From: a virus
Strand: one strand, 5' to 3'
IMG/VR virus record: IMGVR_UViG_3300025108_000028
Coordinates: 1 to 64,000 of that record
DNA: 64,000 nt
Shown: piece after piece, positions 9,642 through 19,454 of the stretch
Position numbering within the stretch: the stretch's first letter is position 1
Layout of the letters: every line of letters begins with the position of its first letter
Notes under the pieces: model-generated
Told to the model about the DNA's origin: nothing
Seen by the model: only the letters and a program-made list of their open reading frames with translations
The model's database searches: none
Program-made: the position numbers and the translations under genes

Positions 9642-10776
9642 TTACGTTTTCTTCTATTTTGTCTACAATATACAAATTATCTAAATCAACTTTAAATATA
9701 TCTGAACTATCACCAACAATTGGTCCAAGTAAAGTATTTAAAAGCTGCTTTCTAGATTTATCTACTGCAAACCTTGTTAATTTTCTATCTTTTGCTAATA
9801 ATGATAAGTAATTATTAAAACTATATATGGTGTTTGTGTTATGAACTCCTTCATATGCTTTTAATCTATTACGCATTGCCTTAACATTAACTGAATTCCA
9901 GTTATTTGTACTCTTGAACCATTCATATTTCCAATAATATAATCCTGATACTACATCAAAAGATTTTTCTATATTACAATTAGCCATCATTTCTACTGCT
10001 AAAGATCTGTTGTCTATATCTGTGCTTTCAATCATTTTTCTAATATCTTCATATTTATCATTCCCTATTACTGCTAGCTCACTATCAATAATATTAGATA
10101 TATCAGTATCAAACACAATTTGACTTGTTGACTGCATAAGATTATTAAAAGCTTCCGCACTCTTTTTAGGTAATATCCAATCATTACCCTCATCATTACT
10201 CAGATCTTCATCAATCATATATTTATTTACCTCGTCATATAATTTAGGGCTGCTGCCGTTCCAATGCTTATTTACTTTAAAATCTATCATACTAAAAGTT
10301 GGAGTTTCATTTAAAAACTCTTGTATTTTAGCTGTTGCTAAATCAGTAAATGCATCTTTATCTGCTTTCATCCATTTTACAACTTGAAATAAAGACTGAT
10401 ATGGTATAGAACTAGCCCATGTTCTTTCAAGTAGGGTGTCAAATAATTTTAATGATACTATACATATATCTGCTTTTGTTATATCTCTTATAACTTTACA
10501 ATTATATTTATCTTTTATCAAATCCATTTTTTGTCTTGGCAGAGTTATCTTAGGAAATCTATATATTTTTTTATCCTGCAGATCTATTTCTTGATCACTT
10601 TCTACTACAGGTAAACCTATTTTTTCTAAATCTTCAGCTTCAACTTGCCAACCATTTTTATTATATAGCCATTGCTCTTCAACTTTATTAAATTCTATAG
10701 CGGATGCTTTAATTTTGCCATTTGAATCTATATGCTCATCATATAGATAAATATTAAATTTGTACTTCGGTCTCAT
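9634..10776 (-). CDS. Hypothetical protein with BRCT-like segment (paralog of 10784-11815)
   Basis: KIYRFPKITLPRQKMDLIKDKYNCKVIRDITKADICIVS resembles the BRCT beta1-alpha1-beta2-beta3 pattern. Shares a helical motif with its neighbours. Confidence 0.6.
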   Translation of the reverse strand: MRPKYKFNIYLYDEHIDSNGKIKASAIEFNKVEEQWLYNKNGWQVEAEDLEKIGLPVVESDQEIDLQDKKIYRFPKITLPRQKMDLIKDKYNCKVIRDITKADICIVSLKLFDTLLERTWASSIPYQSLFQVVKWMKADKDAFTDLATAKIQEFLNETPTFSMIDFKVNKHWNGSSPKLYDEVNKYMIDEDLSNDEGNDWILPKKSAEAFNNLMQSTSQIVFDTDISNIIDSELAVIGNDKYEDIRKMIESTDIDNRSLAVEMMANCNIEKSFDVVSGLYYWKYEWFKSTNNWNSVNVKAMRNRLKAYEGVHNTNTIYSFNNYLSLLAKDRKLTRFAVDKSRKQLLNTLLGPIVGDSSDIFKVDLDNLYIVDKIEENVNE

Positions 10777-10783
10777 AATTTTT

Positions 10784-11815
10784 TTATTTTAAATATTTTT
10801 GATATTCTTTTTTAACAGCTACTTTAAATGTGTAAAGGTCTCTGTTATGAATGCTTATCTCTCTTCTTACTATAGGTTCAAGATATCTAAACGTTATTGT
10901 GTCAAGTTTACCTTCTTGCTCTAACCATAATATCATGTCTTGTGCACTCTTACGGTTAAAATTGTGAAAGTTTGACGAATCCAACCAATACTGTAGATCC
11001 TTATCTCTATTGTCTGCATATGTTATACTACTACAATCTTGTGCAAACTGCCATAATAAATGATAGTTTTTCTTATAGTCTATAGTAGGAACAATTTTAA
11101 GAGCTAAAGCTTTATCATCACCATATGAATTCAACTGGGCCTTAAGATCACTGAGAAGTTGCTCATCAAGAGTCATTTTGGTAGCAGACGCATGAAGGAC
11201 TGTCTCAGGATCAATAACACTAACATCTGTAGTATCAATTATATGAGCTAAGTTTATAGCCATACCAGTTAACATCCAGCTATCATATAAGCTATCTTCT
11301 ATATCTATATCATAGTATCTTACATTATCTGTAATCTTTGGTGTAATGATACATTCTAGACCCGAATTAGCTATATTTTTAAGAACGCCATGTCTATTCA
11401 CATCTCCTTTTGTAGTCTCATAATTCCATAACTTATTCATCATTATAGTAGTTGGAATATTCTCCGCATTACTTAATTTATGAGTTGTTATTTCTTCATG
11501 ACCTATGATTAGATCAGCCAATTCATAATCATTTGTTACAGTTATACCATGCTCTTTAAGAGCAGACTTTAATCTATCTTGTGATACATTACACTTTGGT
11601 AGTATAAAAGCTTTCTTTTTGGTTCTAAAAGTTTGGTCATCCTCAGTAGGGACCGTTAGTATAGTGTTTATCTTTTCATAAGTTGTTTTATCTTGAGTAC
11701 ATAATACTTTATTAATACCTGTACTAGAAACTAACCCATAAGTAGGGTCAGTCTCTAGTCCAAAGTATACTAAAGCATCAGTATCAAAATCTTGATATAC
11801 TGATTTATTTGCCAT
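10784..11815 (-). CDS. Hypothetical protein with BRCT-like segment
   Basis: KAFILPKCNVSQDRLKSALKEHGITVTNDYELADLIIG aligns by eye with the paralog above. Confidence 0.6.
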   Translation of the reverse strand: MANKSVYQDFDTDALVYFGLETDPTYGLVSSTGINKVLCTQDKTTYEKINTILTVPTEDDQTFRTKKKAFILPKCNVSQDRLKSALKEHGITVTNDYELADLIIGHEEITTHKLSNAENIPTTIMMNKLWNYETTKGDVNRHGVLKNIANSGLECIITPKITDNVRYYDIDIEDSLYDSWMLTGMAINLAHIIDTTDVSVIDPETVLHASATKMTLDEQLLSDLKAQLNSYGDDKALALKIVPTIDYKKNYHLLWQFAQDCSSITYADNRDKDLQYWLDSSNFHNFNRKSAQDMILWLEQEGKLDTITFRYLEPIVRREISIHNRDLYTFKVAVKKEYQKYLK

Positions 11816-11816
11816 T

Positions 11817-13088
11817 TTATTTCATTGTCATTTGGACAATCTCTGGGATCATCATTAGTTTATTAAACTTCTTTTTATTACCATTAAATATGGTACGTAC
11901 AATTAAATACTTAAGATCATTAGTAAAATAATCTTTAGTACATAATGCTTTAAGTCTATCAGTTACTTTCTGATTTATTGTATTATCCTGAGAATATACA
12001 ACAGAGAAGTTACCAAGTCTTGTAGCTAAAGTAGACGCAATATCTGCACGATATGTGTCATCTTTACCAATACAACTTCTAAGCTCATTAAGAATATATT
12101 GCTCATTTTCATGTGTCAATAAATCTTTTGGTGTTACCAGCTTATCAAGTTTATTATTAATAAAGGTTGTAAACATAGAAGCAAAAGCATCACCTACACT
12201 ACCTTCACCAATCATTTGAATCATACCAAGGTTATCTTCAAAGCTGTCAAAGCTTGATATTGCATTAAAGAATGTAGTAATAGATCTTGCATTTGTTTCT
12301 TGTGTTACAAGCTCTGGATGTAAAAGCAAGAAGTTAATACATCTTGTATCAATCCCTGCACCTTCTGCCCATTGTGCCCATACATTAACATCAAACTTCA
12401 AGTTAGCGGTTACATATCTGGTTTTCTGTGCACTATCTACACTGTTAACCATATAATCCCCGTTATCTGGATTTGCTGTTAAAATTATATGCCAGTCTTT
12501 TGGTAAAGTCCATGAAATATAAGATTGTCTGTCAATCAATTCCATAACTGCTTGAATAAATCTTGTATCAGCACGGTTCCAGTCATCTAGTAATAAAATA
12601 CCACCAGCCTTTGCATCAGCAATCCATTCAGGAGCACAATAAGACATTCTGTTCTTACCTGTCATTTTGTATCCATTTTTTAGATACTCTTGCACGGCAA
12701 GTTCATCAACCCATTGTCCTACTTTCTTGGTAACTGTTTGATTAAGATTAGCTAAACTAGTACCTGCAGCTCTTTGTGTTGCTGTAACCATAGACAGATT
12801 ATCTTGTTGTTTTATTGCTACCTTTTTTTCTTTATACATCTGGAACTGACGTACAGGGAAGCCTACTAAGTCACCTAACTCTTCTATCTGTGCTAAATTA
12901 AGTTTTACAAACTTTAGGTTATTATCTTGAGCAAGCTCTACTATAGTAGAAGTCTTACCAATACCTGATTCACCTACTACTTCTACTGATACAGAATTCT
13001 TTCCTGCTTCTTGTAAATACCTGTTGTTGGTAATTATATGATTTACAAATCCTTTTAGTTCTGTTACATTTAAATTTACTTGTGCCAT
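11817..13088 (-). CDS. MoxR/dynein-related AAA+ ATPase
   Basis: Walker A GESGIGKT, LAQIEELGDLVGFP, Walker B ILLLDDWNRA, sensor TANP, arginine finger AQKTR. Confidence 0.88.
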   Translation of the reverse strand: MAQVNLNVTELKGFVNHIITNNRYLQEAGKNSVSVEVVGESGIGKTSTIVELAQDNNLKFVKLNLAQIEELGDLVGFPVRQFQMYKEKKVAIKQQDNLSMVTATQRAAGTSLANLNQTVTKKVGQWVDELAVQEYLKNGYKMTGKNRMSYCAPEWIADAKAGGILLLDDWNRADTRFIQAVMELIDRQSYISWTLPKDWHIILTANPDNGDYMVNSVDSAQKTRYVTANLKFDVNVWAQWAEGAGIDTRCINFLLLHPELVTQETNARSITTFFNAISSFDSFEDNLGMIQMIGEGSVGDAFASMFTTFINNKLDKLVTPKDLLTHENEQYILNELRSCIGKDDTYRADIASTLATRLGNFSVVYSQDNTINQKVTDRLKALCTKDYFTNDLKYLIVRTIFNGNKKKFNKLMMIPEIVQMTMK

Positions 13089-13099
13089 TTTCTTTCTAA

Positions 13100-14263
13100 T
13101 TAATTAAGTTGTATTTTCTGTCCTGGTAAATCTTCATTTATACTACTCCTGCTACTATGCACCCATAATGTATTATGAGGACAGTTATCAGGAGAATATG
13201 CTTCACCATCTGTTAAATATATAAGGGCTGTATATTGCCCTTTGTTTTCATTAAAGTGATCTATTACTGGTTGGAAGCTTGTCCCACCACGACCATGTAT
13301 TTCCCAATCCTTTTTTGGATTAAATTCCTTCACGCTATTCAAGCGGGTATCACACTGTGCAACTGTAATTTTATGACCAGTCTTATGCATATGCGTAAGC
13401 TCACTAAAGAATTCCTTTAGTTCATCATTGTTTACAGATCCACTTGTGTCAACACCAACAAGTATATGATTCTTGAATTTAATTTTAAGTCCCGGATTAG
13501 CTGAATAACGTTTATTGTATTTACGTCTCAGCTTTTTAGTATAAACTATACTAGAGTTACCTACAAATCTTCTTAGATAACCTTTCCAATCAAACTTTGG
13601 TGGTTCAATATGCATTAGTCTATGAATTAAATCAGCAAGCTCACCAGGCATACTACCTTGTTTCTTTTCTGTTTCCTCTGCGGCTGCTTTTAATTGATGT
13701 TCTATCTGCTTTTGAACCAACTTCTTATCAGCTTCAGGTAATTCTTCAAAATCTTTCCATGTGCTATGACAATAAGGTGACTCACCATTCATTTTATCCA
13801 TTAAACTATCTAGAGATGGGGATGTCCCGTCCTCTTGTGCCTGCTCCAAAAGTCTATAATATTCTTTTGTACCGGCTTTAGTAGGGAGGTTTAGTTCTGG
13901 GAAACTTGATAATAATAAACCACCTTCAGGTAATTTACTTTCCAGTATGTACTGGTTTATCTCTAAATCTGCAGCTATATTAAATAGCTTATGATCACTG
14001 TAGAGATCTCTTAATATTAAATGACCAAATGCAATATGCAATAGCTCATGTTTAATTAATCCAAATCTGTGATCTTCACTGAGTTCATTATAAAACTCTG
14101 GGTTTATAGTCAATTGCATACCAATACCTTGCTTACTAACTCCTGCTGTAGGAATCTTATTGCTGTATTGCTTATTGATACCAATTAAAAAGAGCCCATA
14201 AAAGGGCTCTGTAAATATTAAACTTTTGGTTGTTCTTGCAACCTGGTCTTGTATATTTATCAT
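13100..14263 (-). CDS. DUF2201-type metallopeptidase-like + vWA protein
   Basis: HELLH (HExxH), FNIAADLEINQ, MIDAS VDTSGS, GRGGTSF and LTDGE. Confidence 0.88.
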   Translation of the reverse strand: MINIQDQVARTTKSLIFTEPFYGLFLIGINKQYSNKIPTAGVSKQGIGMQLTINPEFYNELSEDHRFGLIKHELLHIAFGHLILRDLYSDHKLFNIAADLEINQYILESKLPEGGLLLSSFPELNLPTKAGTKEYYRLLEQAQEDGTSPSLDSLMDKMNGESPYCHSTWKDFEELPEADKKLVQKQIEHQLKAAAEETEKKQGSMPGELADLIHRLMHIEPPKFDWKGYLRRFVGNSSIVYTKKLRRKYNKRYSANPGLKIKFKNHILVGVDTSGSVNNDELKEFFSELTHMHKTGHKITVAQCDTRLNSVKEFNPKKDWEIHGRGGTSFQPVIDHFNENKGQYTALIYLTDGEAYSPDNCPHNTLWVHSSRSSINEDLPGQKIQLN

Positions 14264-14559
14264 CTTTTTATTTTTCTAAGAATATCCATGTATATATCAT
14301 CTACTTTACTTTTTTTAATGAATGCATAAATTTTATTTGTGTCTAATGAGTTAATTTTAAAGCTATATTTTACAGCTATACAAAAATCTACACGATCTTT
14401 AAACATTAAAGCTTTGGCCATAAGTCTATTAACTACTTCTTTTTCCTGGTAGTCAGTATTATTATACATATGCCAAGCCAATTCTTTATCTTCTTGTAGA
14501 CCACTAAACATTTCTTTGTATTTAAAAAATTCATCAAGAGTTATTACTTTTTTTTTCAT
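14260..14559 (-). CDS. Small helical protein sharing a motif with 9634-10776 and 10784-11815
   Basis: ITLDEFFKYKEMFSGLQEDKELAWHMYNNTDY; ATGA-coupled to the vWA gene. Confidence 0.6.
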   Translation of the reverse strand: MKKKVITLDEFFKYKEMFSGLQEDKELAWHMYNNTDYQEKEVVNRLMAKALMFKDRVDFCIAVKYSFKINSLDTNKIYAFIKKSKVDDIYMDILRKIKR

Positions 14560-14932
14560 TCTCTATTAATTCTATCCATACGCCTGGGTTCTTTTTATCA
14601 TAAGTATATTGTTCAAATGCAGGAATTATAAACTCTGCATTATCATCTTCTATCCAACCATACTTGACCATATCATCTTGCACTGTTTGTGCAGGATTTA
14701 TATAATCAAACTTATGGCGGCTGCCTCTAATAAATTCAAAAGAAATTTTTACTGGAAGCTTATGCTTCTTGAGCTCTTTCTTGAACTCTTCAGTATATTT
14801 AAGATAAATGTCTTTAGTAGCTTTCCTGTAGTTCATTACAGCTTTGCTAGCAATAAAGTATTTACCTGTCCATCTTCTTCCGTTTTTACTAGAAGGTACA
14901 TTTCCTGGTATAAACCATCTATTGTTCTTCAT
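14534..14932 (-). CDS. rusA: RusA-like Holliday junction resolvase
   Basis: GNVPSSKN, FDYINPAQTVQDDMV...IEDDN and YDKKNPGV. Confidence 0.75.
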   Translation of the reverse strand: MKNNRWFIPGNVPSSKNGRRWTGKYFIASKAVMNYRKATKDIYLKYTEEFKKELKKHKLPVKISFEFIRGSRHKFDYINPAQTVQDDMVKYGWIEDDNAEFIIPAFEQYTYDKKNPGVWIELIENEKKSNNS

Positions 14933-14933
14933 A

Positions 14934-15911
14934 TTATTTATTTAATGTTTCTTTTAATAAGGGCTTAAGCATAGAGTGTACTTTATCAAAACCATGATTC
15001 TTCATAGCATCTGATATATCTTTAGACATAGTTGGTACACAACCGTGTATTTTATATGTTTCTAAATATCTTTGTACAGCTTTTACGCCTGCATCATCAT
15101 TATCAAATAGAGTTATAACTTTTTTATACTTCTGCTTCAGATTAAATATTATATGAGGTTTAATCATTGTATTTTCTGAATCAGGGCATATTACTTCTAT
15201 ATTATAACCCATACCTTTAAGACACATAGCATCTTTAAGTGAACTGCATATTACTAAATAAGGTTGATTGTATTCTAGTTGATCAATACCTTGTATATAA
15301 TTCTTAACTTTATGAAACTTATGCTTTTTACTATGAGGTTGATATATTTTATATACTTCACCGTTTTTATCAAAGTAACCATAACAGCATTTGCTTCCAA
15401 CTTGTAAGCTTTTATGCAAACCATTATCATCCTTGGCCATATTAAAATAATCAATTGGTTTTACATTATATTTAGTTAACATAGTTTTACCTATTCTAAA
15501 TGATAACCAATACTTTTGATCTTCAATGGTCCAATTTCTATACTTTATATAATCTATCTTCCACTTTGCTTGTGGTTTAAATGATTGATCTATTGATCCG
15601 CCTGATTGTATAAAGTTGTTGTAGTCTTGAATTATTCTCCTGGTTGCTTGTGGATAACCTAAGTTAAATAGTAATCCAACTAAGTCAGCCTTGTTACCAC
15701 CTTTACCTGTTGAGAAATCTTTAAATTTATATTGCATAATTGATTTATCAACATATATGCAGAAACTTGGTGTCTTCTCATTAGGATTAAATATAGATCT
15801 AATCTTAATATCTTGACCCGTAAGTTGCTCAGGTAAATCTAAATAATATTGAAATACCCAATAACTTGGTATTTCTGATTCTTCTAATTTTAAATTTTTA
15901 GTGCTGAACAT
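14934..15911 (-). CDS. dnaG: DNA primase (TOPRIM, crAss-like)
   Basis: Cys-less zinc-finger-like N-terminus (SIFNPNEKTPSF...FKDFSTG); TOPRIM SSLKDAM and FDNDDAG. Confidence 0.8.
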   Translation of the reverse strand: MFSTKNLKLEESEIPSYWVFQYYLDLPEQLTGQDIKIRSIFNPNEKTPSFCIYVDKSIMQYKFKDFSTGKGGNKADLVGLLFNLGYPQATRRIIQDYNNFIQSGGSIDQSFKPQAKWKIDYIKYRNWTIEDQKYWLSFRIGKTMLTKYNVKPIDYFNMAKDDNGLHKSLQVGSKCCYGYFDKNGEVYKIYQPHSKKHKFHKVKNYIQGIDQLEYNQPYLVICSSLKDAMCLKGMGYNIEVICPDSENTMIKPHIIFNLKQKYKKVITLFDNDDAGVKAVQRYLETYKIHGCVPTMSKDISDAMKNHGFDKVHSMLKPLLKETLNK

Positions 15912-15925
15912 AAACCAAAGATATT

Positions 15926-15960
15926 AAAAAGAAATGGGCCCAGCATAACACTGAGCCCAA
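15926..15960 (-). terminator. Intrinsic terminator after the SSB gene
   Basis: TGGGCTCAG-loop-CTGGGCCCA followed by TTTCTTTTT on the minus strand. Confidence 0.7.
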
Positions 15961-15974
15961 TCTTTAGGTTTATA

Positions 15975-16649
15975 TTATAAATCAAAGTCACTACCTGTTG
16001 AAGATACAGGCTCAAAACTATTTGTTGGTGCTGACTCTTTCTTTACAAAGGGTCTAAAATGATTTGTATTATTTCTATCAAACGTTAGTAAGTTAGAAGA
16101 CTCTGCATCAATTGCTTCCAATGGCATACCATCTCTACTTCTTTTAGGTAAGAATAGATCATTGTTAACATAACCTTCTTTGTTTTCCCACTCACGTGCA
16201 CCTAAACAAGCATTGATGTAACCAGTTTCTGAACAAATCTTTGCAGCTTTAATCATAAAGTCTTCAATAGTATTTGCCTCAATAGCATCTAACTCAGTTC
16301 TTTTACCAACTACTTCAGATAAGAATACCATTGCTTTTAGAACTTCAGTATCACGACTAATCTCATTTCCATTATTTAATGTAGCATCTTTAAATGGATA
16401 TGGAGAAAATCTTACTCTACCAACTTGGCCTGCATAGCGCTCACCATTAGGATTATTCATATCTTTTAAGAATCCATTAAATTCTCCTGTAACTGGCTCT
16501 GATTCTACATGCAATGTGATATTGTATGCTTCAGAGTCATAAGGTGTCTGATCAAATGTAATTGAGTTAATTTTCACTTTGTGATTTCCTGTTCCAATAA
16601 CTGGTTTTGTCCCACCATTACCGGCAGACATGTCTTTAGTACTTAACAT
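15975..16649 (-). CDS. Probable single-stranded DNA-binding protein
   Basis: Follows the Sak4-like ATPase, has a beta-rich N-terminus and an acidic-aromatic tail (SDFDL). Confidence 0.6.
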   Translation of the reverse strand: MLSTKDMSAGNGGTKPVIGTGNHKVKINSITFDQTPYDSEAYNITLHVESEPVTGEFNGFLKDMNNPNGERYAGQVGRVRFSPYPFKDATLNNGNEISRDTEVLKAMVFLSEVVGKRTELDAIEANTIEDFMIKAAKICSETGYINACLGAREWENKEGYVNNDLFLPKRSRDGMPLEAIDAESSNLLTFDRNNTNHFRPFVKKESAPTNSFEPVSSTGSDFDL

Positions 16650-16674
16650 AATTTACTTTTTTATTAATTATTAA

Positions 16675-17358
16675 TTATTGATTATACTTTTCAATACAAT
16701 CTTTTACAAACTGCAGGTCATTTGGGATAAACTTATCCTCAAACATACCCATTGGTGATTTACATGTGTTCTCTCCTGAGTTTTGTGTTTCAAAACCATA
16801 TTCAAGTTCACCATCATCATTTTTATTTACTTTACCAAATAATACTATAGAGAATAGTCCTTCTAATGTTAGAGTATTGTCAATCATTTTGCCAATAGTC
16901 TTAGCTTTAATTTTTCTATTCCCATTTATATCAGTTGAATCTTCTGAGTGAGTCAAAAAGATTACTGTTAAATCTTCTCTTAGATCTTTAGGTAACTTAG
17001 CAACCATGGCTAAATTTGCTGCAATCTGAGTAAATTTATCATATCCTTTTTCATTTGCTCTATCAAAATATTCAAAAGAACTCATATATTGCCAATCATC
17101 TACAACTAGATTAGTTATATGTGGCATTTTATCATTAACATGTTGTATAGCTTTAACTATACCTGCAGAAGAAGACGCTGAGGTTAAATTTCCATCTTTA
17201 TTTTCTTTACTGATTTGTGTATACTTGCTTTTCCATCCTTGAAATGGAAGTGGTTTGTTAGCAATGTTTATAATGAAAGTCTCTTTAGGGTTTAATGTTC
17301 TGATTGAGGTAGACTTTCCTGTACCTGAATCTGCAATTACCAATACGCTGTTTGCCAT
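16675..17358 (-). CDS. AAA_24 / Sak4-like ATPase (recombinase)
   Basis: ADSGTGKST, KPLPF, VVDDWQY, H.E, KTIGKM.D, EGLF..VL and TCKSP.GMF. Confidence 0.85.
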   Translation of the reverse strand: MANSVLVIADSGTGKSTSIRTLNPKETFIINIANKPLPFQGWKSKYTQISKENKDGNLTSASSSAGIVKAIQHVNDKMPHITNLVVDDWQYMSSFEYFDRANEKGYDKFTQIAANLAMVAKLPKDLREDLTVIFLTHSEDSTDINGNRKIKAKTIGKMIDNTLTLEGLFSIVLFGKVNKNDDGELEYGFETQNSGENTCKSPMGMFEDKFIPNDLQFVKDCIEKYNQ

Positions 17359-17359
17359 A

Positions 17360-17914
17360 TTACTTGTTTTTGATTATAGTTATTAATTCTTTTAATGTAT
17401 TATTTAATTCATCTAGTTTATTTACTACAGGAATTAGGTCGGGAGCAGTGGAGGAAGGGAGCAGTTCATCTGGATTTGGTAAATCTGGATTAGCAAAATC
17501 TATGATTGCTTTACCTCTACTTGTTACATCATTAATAACTTTAAGTTCATTGACAGGTATTATGTGTCTGATAAAACCAGCACTTGATTGTATTAATTCA
17601 TACTCATCTCTCCAATGTGGATTATGCTTATGCAAATATAACGTTCTCTTTGGATCCTCTGTATCATAATCTATAGATACAAACTCTGTGTATATATCTT
17701 CACCTTTCTCAAATTCACTGGGAAAGAAACTGATATGTAAATCATCTTTTCCAGATGGTCTATACGCCATCTTAGGTATATATAGAGAATTAATTATTCC
17801 CATTGTTTGGAAGTAATCCTCATGTTCTTCTCTGAGGGCTGCTACCTTTTGCTTTCTTTCTTGAGGTGTTAGTCCCATTCTTTTTTTATTATTTAAGTTT
17901 TTAGTATTTATCAT
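17360..17914 (-). CDS. Hypothetical protein
   Basis: Coupled to dnaB. Its 3' end carries two copies of the 14-bp motif. Confidence 0.7.
   Translation of the reverse strand: MINTKNLNNKKRMGLTPQERKQKVAALREEHEDYFQTMGIINSLYIPKMAYRPSGKDDLHISFFPSEFEKGEDIYTEFVSIDYDTEDPKRTLYLHKHNPHWRDEYELIQSSAGFIRHIIPVNELKVINDVTSRGKAIIDFANPDLPNPDELLPSSTAPDLIPVVNKLDELNNTLKELITIIKNK
17436..17465 (-). promoter_or_regulatory. Two copies of the 14-bp motif ACTGCTCCCNWCCT
   Basis: Top strand AGGTCGGGAGCAGT (17436-17449) and AGGAAGGGAGCAGT (17452-17465), about 80 nt upstream of the Sak4-like start. Confidence 0.55.
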
Positions 17915-18867
17915 CTGCGTTCTTGTTGTCCTGGTGTTAACATTTCTTCTATTTGCATTTGTTCAAACTTTGCTTTAAAGAATGACATACGTGCATCACC
18001 ATTTCTGGCTTTTAAAAAATGTAGCACCAATGTTCTATCATTTTCTATTATATATCTATCAGGCCCATAGTATCTGATCTTCTGCTTAGCTGGCCGGTTA
18101 ATACCAATCAACATATCTGCATGTTGTAACATTGCATCTGAGCCAAATATATCTGACTCAAGTATATAATTACCATACTTACCATCTATAGCTCTGTCTG
18201 GATTATCTATATTCCTATTTAGCTGTGATAAAGCTATAAATAAACATGGATAATCTCTTTTACATTGTGTAAAGAACTCACCTAATTCAAATAACATATC
18301 TAAACTACTATTCTGATAGGGTGCTCTCTTTACAAGCATTGTATGATCTAATGTTATAATAGTATTTACACCTTTATGTAAAGTCATATACTGATCAATT
18401 TGCTCACGCATTTGATTTACAGTCATAGGTGTACTAATTATATCAACCGGGTGCTTTACTCTTTCTTTTGCATACTGATGACATTTGTTTAATTCATTAG
18501 TACCTAATACAGATCCTGCACTACATAATTCTTTATATGTCTTGCCGGTTATAGAACTGAATTCTCTAATAGCTGATGTTCTACCAACCATCTCAAATTG
18601 AAATTCTAATACTCTAAATTTATCATTTGGATTTAATGCAAAAGACTCTCTTATAATTTGATCTTTAATTAATGTTTTACCTGAACCAGGTCTACCACCA
18701 ATTACTGTCAATGTATTCCACTCTAATCCATCTGTAGCAGCATCATTAAACTTAGGCCAAGGTGTATATATAGATTTCTCTTCCCCTGTAGATCTCCTGT
18801 ACATGTACTTAAGAGCTTCATTAAAGGCTGCATATTGCCCAACCCATGCTTCTGATGTTTTTTTCAT
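17911..18867 (-). CDS. dnaB: DnaB-like replicative helicase (C-terminal domain only)
   Basis: GGRPGSGKT, FEM, LDH, LSQLNR, SDIFGSD and KARNG. Confidence 0.9.
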   Translation of the reverse strand: MKKTSEAWVGQYAAFNEALKYMYRRSTGEEKSIYTPWPKFNDAATDGLEWNTLTVIGGRPGSGKTLIKDQIIRESFALNPNDKFRVLEFQFEMVGRTSAIREFSSITGKTYKELCSAGSVLGTNELNKCHQYAKERVKHPVDIISTPMTVNQMREQIDQYMTLHKGVNTIITLDHTMLVKRAPYQNSSLDMLFELGEFFTQCKRDYPCLFIALSQLNRNIDNPDRAIDGKYGNYILESDIFGSDAMLQHADMLIGINRPAKQKIRYYGPDRYIIENDRTLVLHFLKARNGDARMSFFKAKFEQMQIEEMLTPGQQERR

Positions 18868-19454
18868 ACTACGTTTTCTTTAAAGTGTTCATCTTCTGTG
18901 CTTACTCCGTCAACTATCATATCACAATAATCAGCTAATCTAGAATGTTTAACTCTATGCTTATCTTGTTTAGATATAAAGTATTGACTTGTCTGCATAT
19001 ACAAGTAGTCTGCATCTCTATACTCATTCACATACATTCTGGTTGCTTTTATTATATCATCCCATGTATGATCATAAGTTTCAAAGAACCATCTAAAATT
19101 TTCTCCTAATGCTTTAACATTATTTCTTGCTGGATTACCGCTTGGTAGTTTCTTAGCAGGAAATATTTCTCTATAAGTATGGATCTTATCATTAAAGTCC
19201 TTACCCATGAGTTGTATATCAGTTTTCTTTTTAGCTTTAATAAAATAGTTATCTAGCTTTGCACAAAATGCTTTTGCATCTGGTGTCATTTTATAAAGAC
19301 CATCCTCTAGAGTGAGCATGTTCATTTTTAATAAATATTCTTTGTCTTCAGATAATGAATTAGGTAATGATACGCCTTGCTTCATTCCAAATAGGATCAA
19401 CGCTTGGTTTGGTGTTATCTTTACTTTCATTATCTTCTGAAATAGTTCCCACAT
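18864..19454 (-). CDS. Hypothetical replication-associated protein (possible initiator/helicase loader)
   Basis: ATGA-coupled upstream of dnaB. Function inferred from position only. Confidence 0.5.
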   Translation of the reverse strand: MWELFQKIMKVKITPNQALILFGMKQGVSLPNSLSEDKEYLLKMNMLTLEDGLYKMTPDAKAFCAKLDNYFIKAKKKTDIQLMGKDFNDKIHTYREIFPAKKLPSGNPARNNVKALGENFRWFFETYDHTWDDIIKATRMYVNEYRDADYLYMQTSQYFISKQDKHRVKHSRLADYCDMIVDGVSTEDEHFKENVV

